NCBI RefSeq assembly: GCF_004010195.1
Contig: NC_057749.1
Span: 25,850,033-25,914,032, forward strand
Origin: Chiloscyllium plagiosum
Lineage: Eukaryota
Reading direction: 5' to 3'
Length of the DNA stretch: 64,000 nt
This document shows, piece by piece, positions 48,678-61,004 of this stretch. The notes under the pieces were generated by a model. It was not told where the DNA came from. It did not search any database and was given only the letters and a program-made list of their open reading frames with translations. Every line of letters starts with the position of its first letter. The first letter of the stretch is position 1. The position numbers and the translations under genes are program-made.

Positions 48678-51600
48678 CTGAAGAGTAGGAGAAAGAAAGT
48701 AGAGTAATAACTTAAACAGAATTTGATCTTTTATTACAGATCAAAATAGACATTTATGAAAGCCTGAACACCCATGTTGAGGCCTGGATGACTCAAGTAT
48801 CTGAATCCCTGATTTTCCCCTTACCAAGCTGACAATGGACCAGGGTAGAAGTGGGTCCTGCAGATTAGAGTGGTGCTGGAAAAGCACAGCTGGTCAAGCA
48901 ACATCCAAGGAGCAGGAAGAAACAAACAACGATGTTTCAGGCAAAAGCTGGGGAGACTCAGGGGTGGAGACATAAATTGACCAGGGTAATGAGCAGAAGG
49001 ACAATGGTATGACTGGAGGGGCAAAGTCAGAACTTTGGAAGCCATCTCTGCACTGACCTGAAGGATGACACTACACTATGCCAGCAAAGGTCATTAAAGG
49101 GAAAAAAGGGACTGGACAGAGGATGGGATTGTAATGAAATGAAGGAAAGCATTCCACAAAAGCAAAATATTGCTTAGGCTGGAAATCATCAGGTCAGACA
49201 GCATTGTGGGGAATGGAAAACAGGCCAAAACTTTGGGTTTTTTTTTATAAAGTGTGAGTTTTAATCAAATATGTTTATAGGATGAGAGAGTCACCAGTAT
49301 TGCTTATCCCAACTGTTCAGGAGGGACAGAGATGCTGATGGAGCATTGTTATGACAACATGTAGGAGTGTTTAAGACAACAGCTGAAGTAAGCTCATTGC
49401 AAAGGGAACTGTGATTAGGAGCACACAATCACTATTTTGATGAGGCATGCAAATGGGCCACTGAGGAAGAGCAAATCTCAACTCCCAGTTAGGGAGATGT
49501 AAACAACACAGGGGTCATGGATAGCAGTGAATGGTGTTCAGGGGAATGAATTTAAGGACTGTCAGTGGATCCTTGCCAAACTCCAAGCAATGGGGGTAGG
49601 GAAGAAGGTCAGCAAGTCCTGAGTGAATGGAGTAATTGGTCTTGCTACAGAGAAGAGCACACAAAGAAAAGGCACAGGCCAATGCTGGCCTTTGAGGAAT
49701 CTCAAACCTGGAACAGTAACAAGTAGGAAGATCGAATGTAGAAGGTTGGGCAAGAACAAAAAAAGGAACAAGGTGAGGGAGCAGGAAGAGAATGCTAGTT
49801 AAGAATTAAAATTAGTTAGAATTGCAACCATGTCAATAGACAGGGGCTCAACACAGTTTGATGGCAATATATAGCCTAATTGGTAATAGGGTAGGCTGGG
49901 GATATGGGAGAATCATTCAAGCATCTGTCATTTGATAGAAGTTCACAGATTTCTCATGTACTACATTTTAGAAAGGAGCAAGACAACCAAGTGAGACAGT
50001 GTACTGAGGTGCAGGCAGTCAAAGATAGCCTGCCTACAGCAACAAGTGGCAGCATGGGGAAAAAAAATCAGCAACCAGCCAGGGTTACTTTACCTAGAAG
50101 ACAAATTTAGTCATATCCCAACAGATCTGGAATTGCAGCATGGGAAGAAGTGGAGTCAGTGACACTGCAGGCTGGTAGAAATCAGTGGTTGATACTACAG
50201 CAATGACACCAGCATGAACAGATCAGAAAATATTAGTTTTGTCTTGTTTAGCACTACCTGTCAATTATGACAGACAAATATGGTCCACACAGTTTGCTAA
50301 GAATTAAAATGTTGGCTTTCTGCAGGTGATAATTTATAGCCATCTCCTGTTGAATGGTAATGTGTTCTTCCACATATCATCCTTCTTTGCCATCCATATA
50401 ACTTCCAGCCAACATATCAACATTGCCTTCAACATCTAGACAGCCAAACCACAACTATATTATGAAGCAAAACATCTGTAAAAAGTCCTGTAAGCAACCC
50501 AGTAACAGGTCACTATGGAGATGCTCAAGGACTTTTGTTGTGCACTTTTCTCCAAACTGGGTTGTAGCTTTAGGACAGCCAGGAATTATTCCTTTCCCAC
50601 CACATCCTCTCAAGAAAACCCATCATGCAGACGCAAGACAGTGGTGATCAACCATTTTATCACAAGCACAGTTGTTGGTTTGGAGACATACAGTCTACAT
50701 CTAAATTTTGATGTTTGCAAGAAATTGAAGTGAGAAAGGCATTGGTTAGGACATGGACAAGATCTAAAACAAGTTGCTTGACTTACAGCTGCAGTATCTG
50801 TGCATGTTTAGCCCTAACAAGGCAGTCTCTCCCAAAAACTTGTTATAACACAATGAATAATGCTATGTCAATCTAAGCAAAGAATGGTAGTGCAACATTA
50901 CAAAATAAGTGAAATAATGCAGTTAGTAGTTTAGACTATTGCTTATACCCAGTTTTAAAGTGTGGGATGTAAATTTATTGGAATTACTTTAAGAGATCTA
51001 CAGGGCAAAAAATAGAATGGGCAGGTCAAGGCATTTTTTCTCAACATTCAAGGCTTGGGTTTAGAAGAGTAGAGGGGACTTGATTGAACAAGATCCCAGG
51101 TGGTCTTGCCAGGATGAGACAGTCACCCACCAAGCTCTCCCCACATCGAGGGAGTGTCATTGACCTGTTCCTCAAAAAACGTGGAGTTTTGAATATTCAA
51201 ACCAGAATTGGAGAGAATTTTACTAAGCTGGGCAGGCAGTGAAAAAAGGTACAAAGAAAATAGAGTGATTAGGTGAGCAAGGTTCCATATTCAGAGGTAA
51301 AGCAGACTTGAAAGGCCTAGTGGCACATTCTAAATTTATGTTTGTATCCCTTTGTCAGAATAATCCCTACCATTCTGACCTGTCCATTGCACATATATAT
51401 GCAAAGTGGGATCATGTTAAATGAATCTCAATATAGGTACACCATATGAGAGCATTCTGCTGGATCAAGTGGAGTACTACTGAGTTCCTTATCCATTAGT
51501 GGTGTTCTATGGATCTAAAGATATCCAAAGACAATGGCTTTTCTTAAAAAAGACAGCTCTAAATGTTTCACATCATTGTGGCCAAATATTCCAAATCATT

Positions 51601-53100
51601 TCACAACTAATATAGTGCCTTAAAGTTTAATCACTCAATGTTGGAAATAGCAACTACATTTAAATCAGTGATTTCTCAGTGCTGCACAGAGAAGGTGCCA
51701 TGTTTCAACTGAAATGTTTGGGAGACAAAAAGATCCCCATGGGACAGTTTCAGAGCAAGATCATACCCCAGTGTCCTAGCAAATACCTTCCCCTCAATGT
51801 ACATCACAAAAGCAGTCAGATTATATTGTTCATATGATTGTTGCTTCACCATCCCTCCCCCATATAGGTGACATTTCAGAAAATACTTCAGCTGAAAAAG
51901 TGATCTGGGATGTACAGTGACCACATAACAAAGTTTTGCTTTCACTAAAGTCCTGCAAACTGCAAAAAAACTAAACCTACTCAAGTCTAGGGACAGATTA
52001 TACAGAGTGACAGTACCAGTCAGCACAGAAACAGACCTTTAGTCCAACTAGTCAATGCTGACCATGTTCCCAAATTATTCTAGTCCTATATCCCTTCAAA
52101 CATTTCATATTCATGAACTTACCAAAATTTTTTTTAAACATTGTAACTGTACCCACATCCACTACTTCCTCTGGAAGTTCATGCCATACAAGCCACTCAA
52201 ACATTCTCACCTTATAAATATGCTCCCTAGTCTTCAAATCCCCCCCACCCTAGGAAAAAGACACCTGCCATTCACCTTATCTATGCCCTCAAGGTCACTC
52301 CTTAACCTTGTATGCTCCAGAAGTCCCAGGTTATCCAGCCTCTAACTCAAAACCTTCCATTCCCAGCAACATCCTTGTAAGCCTCTCAACCTTATGATCA
52401 TAGGCCAAAAATGGTAACCATCTGCCCATAGATGCTGACTCCATGTTCTTATTTCAGATATTCAGTATCTACTCAGATATTTGCTTTTTAGGTATAAGGG
52501 CTAAAAAGAAAATCAGCCATTGTTTTAAGCAGCAAGAAATTCTCCTCAATGTGAATGTTTGTGAGCACGGGAGGGTCGGGCAGAAATGGATTTTTCTTAA
52601 AGAAAGTGCTGTATTCTGAAGAGACCACTAGCAGTGCAGTGCACCACACCTGCCTACGGTGAGCAAACATTTTCACATTGAGTTTAAACACAAGCTTCAA
52701 ACTCAGGTAGAGAGTGTGCTACATCCAAGACAGACTAGTGCTATTGGGCTAATTGTGCAAGAGCAAGTAGGTTTGGGCAGTAAATGCTGGCAAGCCAGCA
52801 ACACCACAACCCAAAAGTCAATTTAACAAGTTGAACACTTCTGCAGAATGGAAAAATACACTGAAGCCTTCAGTCTCAAAGTTGGAAAAGTGGCAACTCT
52901 GGTTAGTTAAGGGGCTTAGCTATGAAACATGAAAAATGGATGGAACATTTAAAATGCTGATAGTTCAGCAGGATAGCCACCAACCACAGACATTTTAAGA
53001 AACATTTTGTGAACACAATTCCTCATTGGACATTACATGGGCTGCACATTAACTGCAATGTTACAGATGAACCAGAGTCAATAAGTCACAAAATGCTTAC

Positions 53101-53161
53101 CTATAGTCACAAGTATGGTAAGCAGAGGAAAATATATTTTAGGATAATGCTGCCACTTCAT
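53101..53161 (-). CDS. First coding exon (signal peptide) of a SEA-domain mucin-like gene; whole exon including 5' UTR is 53101-53212
   Basis: Minus strand: T-rich tract ending ...aattcaaag, then UTR, ATG at 53161, MKWQHYPKIYFPLLTILVTI-G, donor gtaagc at 53100. The phase-1 join to the 48677 exon reads ...LLTILVTIGGLFG/APVDED, a plausible signal peptide. Confidence 0.8.
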
Positions 53162-53654
53162 GTTTGATTTATTCAAGTGCTCTTCAACCAATGCAAACCA
53201 TTCTTAGGAGACCTTTGAATTAAAAAAAAGTGAAAAATGATTAAGAATGCTTTTCTTGAAAGAGCCTGATGAATGGAAGGACTGGATAGACAATTACACT
53301 CCCATTCCTGGGAGACTTCTAAACTAGGAATGACAAATACAAGGCAGCCATTGATAAAAATCATAATGCAGGGAGAAGTTTCCTTTCCAGAATCAGTAGG
53401 ATGAGAACTTGGCAATTGCACAGAAGTAATGGAGACAACTGGTAAAGACATGTTTGGAGGAGGAAATTAGAGAAGTGCATGAAAGGAAAAAAAAACTAGA
53501 AAGTGATGGCCAAAAAGGGCAAAGGACACACCCTAGTATAAGCATCAGCATATGCCAGTTAGGCCAAATGCTCCTGTATATGCTTTGATTTTAAGTAGCT
53601 AATGGTCTCAATTTTGCAATTTTTAAATAAGAGATAGGAAGGGAAATACTAGAT

Positions 53655-53970
53655 GGGACAGTAGTGGCTCAGTGGTGAGCATAACTGCCTCAGTGCCAGG
53701 GACCCAGGTTCAATTTCATCCTCAGACAACCCACACAGTTTGTACGTTCTTCCAGTGTCTGTGTGGGATGCCTCCCACAGTCCAAACATGTGCATTTAGG
53801 TGGTTTGGCCATGGGAAATTGCCCCATGGTATCCAGGGATCTACAGAATTGGTCAATTTGACATGGAAAATGCAGTGTTAGAGATGGGGGTGGTCTGGGT
53901 GGGATAGTTTCAGCAGGTCAGTGCAGATCTGATGGGGCTGAATGGCCTTTTTCTGCACAGTAGTGATTTT
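53655..53970 (+). mobile_element. HE1-type SINE, diverged
   Basis: Head, core and tail present. Confidence 0.7.
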
Positions 53971-54764
53971 ACAAAACGAGACTTTATGTTATCCAAACTC
54001 CACAAGGCTGAAATGATAGAGCATTTTTTTTTTTAAAAACATTGAGCTGCTGCACAGATCATTTCTCCAAAGAAATTAGTACATCCGTGGATAGTCCAAA
54101 ATACCAAGTAAGAACCAAACACTAGATGAGTTCAGTAAACAATTGAGAAGCTGGTTTATGATGCATTTGTAACTACAAATTCAACAGTTAAAATCACTTG
54201 TAAAAAGGCAGCATTTTACACCTGGCCAGATTGTTGAAATTAAATCCTGAAAGACATTTAGTTCCATCTGGGACCACCTGCTCTTAACTTCCATCAAGAA
54301 GATTTGGCCAAAAGCCCAAGATTAAAGCAACATAAACCTACAATTTGCAGTTGAGATTTAAATCATTCGTTACGACAGAAGGACCATGAAAGAGAATGTT
54401 ACTACAATCACTTTGTAAAACTGCACTGTAAAGTTAACTATCAGAGTTTGCCTTTCAAGAGGTTGAGTCGCAAATATTCAATATTATGTTCAAACGCCCA
54501 ATCTAAAATTTCCTACAGCTAGTCTGAAAAGTCACTATATTTAAGATTTGCAAATACCTTAATTACAAGGACAAGTGAAACATTTTCCTGCCTCCTGGTT
54601 AGGTCCCATTTGCTTTTTGGCATAGAAACAGCAATTGGCTCCATGCTTTGGTGCAAGCCTCTACATTGAAATAAAACCACGCACACAGACTACAGGGTCA
54701 GTTGGTCAGGGTACTGAACCCAGATCAAAAAAAAGCTCATTCGCCAAGAGTTGAGAATTATTGT

Positions 54765-55065
54765 AGAATCCCTAGTGTGTGGGAGCAGGCTATTTGGTCC
54801 ACTGAGTTCACATCAACCCTCCAAAGAGCATTCCATTCCTCCTACCCTCTTTCTCATGGGTGAGCCCACCTAGCCTGCACAGCCTGGACAGTGTGGACAA
54901 TTGAGCATGGTCAACGCACCTAAACTGCACATCTTTGGACTGTGGGAGGAACCCCATGCAGACATGGGGAGAACATGTAAATTCCACAATGACAGTCACC
55001 CGAGGATGGACTTGAACCCAAGTCCGTGGTGCCGAGAAGTAGTAGTGTCAACCATGGCCACTGTG
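54765..55065 (-). mobile_element. HE1-type SINE
   Basis: Reverse complement of the family. Confidence 0.75.
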
Positions 55066-56439
55066 CTGCTCAACCTATTGATCCTACATTTACAAAGGCT
55101 GAACCGGAAGTTAAAAATCACAACCATTCTAAATCTTTGACTGTTGGAAAAACCTAGCCTATGGGAAAGAAGCCACTAAAGTTTACCAAAATGGCTCAGA
55201 GATACAGGAGCAGGCTACTTACACAGATATGGCCAATAGTTACCAGCAACACAACTAACAAGTGTCACATACAAATATTTATCCTTACCAACCTGTTGCA
55301 TCAGGATAACTAGAGTTTCAAATGCAACATGAGACTGAAACCAAGTTTTAACCATTTGCACACCCCCTGCCTAGTTTGGGGTGCTTGGTATGGAATATAC
55401 TTTTTCCTCAGACCCTTGTTGCTGGACAACACATCTTTCCAATGTGCTTGAAATTCCAAGCTACCCACAATAAAATAGCTCAATAAAATTCGAGCCATCA
55501 GGAGCTAAGAACACAAAAACAAGTTTCTCACATGCTATACCTTCAGAGAGAGAGAGACACACACACACTTGTACTCGACAAAGTTAGTGATTAAATATAG
55601 TCAAAAACTTCAAACCACCTTCTGCCACCAGCCGATTACATATTGGACCAAGTATAACTAAAAGCAGACTGATCCTTCCCTATTTATCATGTTAAATTAA
55701 CAAACTACTTGCACTCATTTGCCTTTCAATACCTACAGTTATTGAAACTTTAGTTCCCAGAACCTCTCGGGGTACCCAATCACTTTGTATAGATAACTAC
55801 AGGGGCCGTAACATGACAAAGTCAAGGCTTTTAGGGGTGGGGAAGAGGAGTTGGTACAATGCAAAATCTGGAAAGCTTTTGCAAACTCAAAAAATGAAAA
55901 TTGATAAGAAAAAGCAAAAGGAAAATATCTGAAGTTGCCTTTTATTCGAAACTTGGAAGGGAGCAGGAACATCAGTTAAAAACGGGAAAGCGGTGACAAA
56001 ACAAGGGGGAAGTACTGATTGAACAAACTGACAGCGTTGTAGGAGACAAACTTCCAAAAACAGGTTAACCAAGGGAGTTTATTTTAACAATTGCTTGAGA
56101 GCTTAACACGCTATTGTGGCGCGATATAACCCACTCTTCAAAACCTTACAGCGTGATATAAGGGGAAGAGAAAAACAAAATATTTACCCTCCGATTAAGA
56201 CCAAAGGCTCAACTGTTTTAAATAAATCAATGTTAGAAACTTTACACAAACGTCATCGAAGTTTAAGATCAAATTTCAACAGCACCTTACTCGAGATAAG
56301 CGAACAGACCACATTTAAACCATCATTTCAGAGTTTAAGGAACTTGGTTCCCACAGCTAGTGGGGATGAATGGAGAATACAACTCAACGTTTTATTTTCA
56401 AGGCAAAAAACTAACTTCTCAAATGAGAAAAGCAGTAGA

Positions 56440-56650
56440 TTAAAACAAAAGTCCCGCCATACCCTAAAAGAGAACCAGCTGCTCGCAGCTTCCTACAAAA
56501 AAAAAGTTAAGTAAAACGTTGAAACCTCCCGCCATTTATCTTGTTCCCGTCACCTGGTCACAATTGGATTAATGGTTTCAATCTGTTCACCCCCTCCCAT
56601 TGGCTATTACAGAGTGTAAGGTGCATTTACCATTGGGTTAGTCTCTAGGA
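56440..56650 (-). promoter_or_regulatory. Candidate promoter, possibly for the mucin-like gene
   Basis: No recognised repeat and relatively CpG-rich. Three ATTGG (CCAAT on minus) and two CCCGCCAT (YY1/E2F-like) motifs lie about 3.3 kb upstream of an exon that has a splice acceptor and so needs an upstream exon. Confidence 0.3.
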
Positions 56651-56855
56651 GAGTCTCACATTAAGTTCCATTATCCCTATTTCTCCAACATTTTCTCAAA
56701 TGTGTTTAAGATTTCTATTTATTGTTGTAGACATTTAACTCGTCCGTGAAGCAATTGGTTCCTTCACTTTAGTGTTTAGTCTGGAAATGAATTAACTGGT
56801 CCCTTCTACACAATAGAATTATGTAAAAATGCATCTTCTACTTTATTTCCGGCTC

Positions 56856-57424
56856 TGTAAGAGGTAATTTCGGTTTAAACTTTAAGATGTGCCTGGACCA
56901 CAGACTGATCTATAATAAAAGACAAAACCTTTGTTTCTTTTCTAACAACCATTTTATATACTCAAAAGTAGAGTAGTTTAAATTGTGCAGAATGCTGACA
57001 ATTTGTGAGCTATAGTGAAAGCGAGCAGGCTCTTGATTAATGAAGCCATTCACACAGCAGAGAAGGATGAGTCCTTCGCTGATAAGACTCCAGGATGGGA
57101 GTGCGACTTGAGACATCTGTTTCAAGATTAAAGCTTTTGACTGATAAGACTACAGGGTGAGAAAAACAACAAACTTTGGAGACTCTGGAGCCTTTTGTTG
57201 CAGACTTTGTGATAAAAATAATGATGTTTTTAAGAATGTGAACCTCATGGCTTGTTGGAGCCAAGGAGAGGAGGGACTTGTCCTATAAATAATGGAGACT
57301 TTGTAAGCCTCAGCGCGCCTTTTCTTTAAGGGTGCCCGACTCTGCAGACTTGACTTGTTAATAAAACTTTGTTTTCCTGAATTTGTCTAGAGCGATTATT
57401 GAGAAGCGATTTTCGTTTCTAACA
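56856..57424 (+). mobile_element. Solo LTR (569 bp)
   Basis: TGTAA...TAACA termini, perfect 5-bp TSD GGCTC (56851-56855 and 57425-57429), TATAAATA near 57284, AATAAA 57360-57365. Confidence 0.85.
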
Positions 57425-57752
57425 GGCTCCATTTGTTTTTTCTAATCCTTCCTCTCCCCCTCCCCCCAAATGATCTTGTGTGTTTAATGTTGAAAAGGTA
57501 AGCTTGACAAACTTAGAGGTTCATAAATGTTGGGTTCTGTCCTGTTAGGATGCAGTAAACCTTTAAGGGACATGCTCCTGAAATCGTCATAGCATATAAC
57601 CTGAGGATATAAAGGGCTTAGTCTTTCTCTTAGCTTGGGACATAGAGCTGTACAGCTCGGAAACGGACCCTGTGATCTAACTTGGCCATACTGACCAGAT
57701 AGTTTAAATTAATCTAGTCTGATTTGCCAGCATTTGGTCTATATCCCTGTAA

Positions 57753-58070
57753 GCGGCACGGTGGCACAGTGGTTAGCACTGCTGCTTCACAGCGCCTCAG
57801 ACCCGGGTTCAATTCGCGCCTCAGACGACTCTCTGTGTGGACTTTGCACATTCTCCCCATGTCTGTGTGGGTTTCCTCCGGGTGCTCCGGTTTCCTCCCA
57901 CAATCCAAAAATGTGCAGGTTAGGTGAATTGGCCATGCTAAATTGTCCGTAGTGTTAGGTAAAGGGGTAAATGTAGGCGAATGGGTCTGGGTGGGTTACG
58001 CTTCGGCAGGTCGGTGTGGACTTGTTGGGCCGAAGGGCCTGTTTCCACACTGTAATTAATCTAATCTAAA
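57753..58070 (+). mobile_element. HE1-type tRNA-derived V-SINE
   Basis: ggcacggtggcacagtggttagcactgctgc (A box), ggttcaattc (B box), central gtttcctccgggtgctccggtttcctccca, CR1-like tail. Confidence 0.85.
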
Positions 58071-58369
58071 AGCCCAATTACAGTATTGTTGTTAGTTAAT
58101 GTAGGCTATTGTTTGTAGTCAAAGACTGAGTGGGCTTGTAATATATAGGCTGTACAATTAAAAACAAGTTGAATCTTTCAATGCCATCTTACTTGTCTCA
58201 AGTTCTTGTTACGGGAATACATATACATAATCGCTACATCAATTGCAAATCCCCTGTTCAAGTCAAAGCCTGTAGCAGTAGCACGGTAGCAGTTCAAAAA
58301 AACTTTTCACTGCTAGGTTATAGAACGTAGAACATTACAGTGCAGTACAGCCCCTTCAGCCCTTGGTGT

Positions 58370-59000
58370 TAAGACCATAAGACATAGGAGTGGAAGTAAG
58401 GCCATTCGGCCCCTCGAGTCCACTCCGCCATTCAATCATGGCTGATGGGCATTTCAACTCCACTTACCCGCATTCTCCCCGTAGCCCTTAATTCCTTGTG
58501 ACATCAAGAATTTATCAATCTCTGCCTTGAAGACATTTAGCATCCCAGCCTCCACAGCACTCTGCGGCATTGAATTCCACAGGCCCACCACTCTCTGGCT
58601 GAAGAAATGTCTCCGCATTTCTGTTCTGAATTTACCCCCTTTAATTCTAAGGCTGTGTCCACGGGTCCTAGTCTCCCCGCCTAACGGAAACAATTTCCTA
58701 GCGTCCACCCTTTCCAAGCCATGTATTATCTTGTAAGTTTCTATTAGATCTCCCCTTAATCTTCTAAACTCCAATGAATACAATCCCAGGATCCTCAGCC
58801 GTTCCTCATATGTTAGACCTACCATTCCAGGGATCATCCGTGTGAATCTCCGCTGGACATGTTCCCAGTGCCATTATGTCCTTCCTGAGGTGTGGGGACC
58901 AAAACTGGACACAGTACTCCAAATGGGGCCTAACCAGAGCTTTATAAAGTCTCAGTAGCACAACGGTGCTTTTATACTCCATCCCTCTTGAGATAAATGC
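58370..59000 (-). mobile_element. CR1 3' fragment
   Basis: VRPHLEYCVQFWSPHLRKDI; FFSQRVVGLWNSMP. Confidence 0.92.
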
Positions 59001-60029
59001 GCTGACTGTCATACCAATCTGAAGCCCATCTAACCTACGTTATTCCATGTACATCAATATGCTTGTCCAATGACGACTTAAATGTACTTAAAGTTATCAT
59101 TGGAAAGTTAACACAGACTAACGGGTGTGAGTCTTGTGGTGTTGACCCTACCACTGGATTAGAGTATTGAGGTTCATGTTTCACTTAATCCTGTAGGTAA
59201 GTTTGAGCAGGTGGATTTAAAATAATTTTCTAGGTAAAGCAAGTGATTAGGAGGACAAATGGTATAGAGTCACACAGCACGGAAACAGACCCTCCCGTCC
59301 AACCAGTCCATGCAAAACACAATCCCAAACTAAACTAATCCCACTTGCCTGCTCCTGGCCCACATCTCTCCATACTGTTCCTGTTCATGTACTTTATCCA
59401 ATGTCTTCTAAATATTGTAATTGTACTCACATCCACCACTTCCTCAGGAAATTCATTCCATACATGAACCACCCTCTGTATAAAAAGCTTGTCCCTTGTC
59501 TTTTTAAAAAAATTTCTCTCACCTTAAAAAATGTGCCACCTAGTCTTGAAATCCCCCATTCTAACATAAAGACAACTATCATTAACTCAATCCATGCACC
59601 TCATTATTTTATAAATTTCGCCTGTTAGCTTCCTACCCTCCAGTGAGAAACGTCCCAACCTTTCCAGCCTTTCTTTATCACTCAAACCTTTCATACCTGG
59701 TGGTGGGAGTGTAAGAGCAACAACGCGATGGTGAGACTATGCCTGCAGTACTGTGTCCAGTTTTGGTCTCCTTGCTTATACTTCAGGAAATGCAATATAA
59801 GTTCACCAGATTCAATCATGGGGTGAGGAGCCTTTCAGAGGAGGAGATAGGCTCGTTTTTACCCTACTTTCATTGAAATGTATATTTTAAAAAAAGAACC
59901 TGATAGGATAGATACTGAGAGGAATATTCCTAAGGTGAGGAGTCATAGTCTCAGGATGAGGTATGGGCTATTTAGAACCAAGAGCAGAAATCACTTCACT
60001 CCGAGGTCTGTGAGTCTTTGGAATTCTCA

Positions 60030-60595
60030 ATGGGTTTGCCAACCCTCCAGGATTGCTCTGGAGTCCCCAGGAACTGAACGTAAATCCCCTGGACACTTCC
60101 ACTAATGATAATACACAGAGAAAACTAAAAATGGAGAAAGGCTGTGAGGGCATTAAAATTAACATCTTAAAATTTTTTTTCATTAATTAAAAATGTTTTG
60201 GAGGTGCGAGGAGAACAACGATGACAAGACATCATTGATTAGATTCTTTAATTATTAGATTACCTACAGTGTGGAAACAGGCCCTTCAGCCCAACAAATC
60301 CACACCGACCCACTGAAGAGAAACCCACCCCCACTATATTTACCCCGACTAATCCACCTAACACTTTGGCAATTTAGCATGGCCAATTCACCTAACCTGC
60401 ACATCTTTGGACTGTGGGGGGGAAACCGGAGGAAACTCACGCAGACACGGGGAGAATGTGCAAACTCTACACGGACAGTTGCCCAAGGTGGGAATTGAAG
60501 CCGGGTCCCTGGCACTGTGAGGCAGCAGTGCTAACCACTGATACATCATGTATCAAAATATCTAGGAATACGTAGAATCAAAGTTGGCAACCCTA
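60030..60595. mobile_element. hAT-like MITE interrupted by an HE1 SINE
   Basis: gggtttgccaac ... gttggcaacccta, resembling TAGGGTTGCCA TIRs. Confidence 0.55.
60255..60540 (-). mobile_element. HE1-type SINE
   Basis: Reverse complement of the family. Confidence 0.8.
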
Positions 60596-60624
60596 CTGTG
60601 GGTGCACACTCAGTTGAGCATATT

Positions 60625-60843
60625 CAAAGTTAAAAATCACACAACACCAGGTTATCGTCCCAACAAGTTTATTTGGAAGTATAAGCTTTCAGAGTGCGGC
60701 TCCTTCATCAGGTAGCTAGTGGAGTAGGATCATAGGACACAGAATGTACATAGCAAAAGATCATAGTGTCGTACGCTGATACAATATATTGAAGAAACCT
60801 AGATTGCTGTCCACCCCAGTTTAACATCGGCACCTCCACATCA
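60625..60843. mobile_element. Family A mini-element: inverted pLTR with degenerate hammerhead plus direct tail
   Basis: Minus CTGATGA-A-GGAGC..ACTCT-GAAA at about 60680-60714. Imperfect TSD gagcatatt/gagtatact. Confidence 0.7.
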
Positions 60844-61004
60844 GAGTATACTGAAGACTGAGATTCCTTTTTGACTTTGGGGCATGACAGACAATGAGCA
60901 TAGGGTGGAAAACAAAGTTGATATAAATGTTCAGCCATAATTTTATTGAATGACGGAGCAGGCTCCATGTGCTATATGATCCTCCAGCACCTTTTTTAAA
61001 ATCC

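Noticed and set aside
55880..55930. U-rich/A-rich tract resembling a MALAT1-type triple helix
   Set aside because: No paired U-rich motifs with an A-rich tract and tRNA-like element on one strand. A polypyrimidine tract is a simpler reading.
56116..56514. 132-aa plus-strand ORF
   Set aside because: GTG start, low-complexity A-rich sequence, no recognisable domain.
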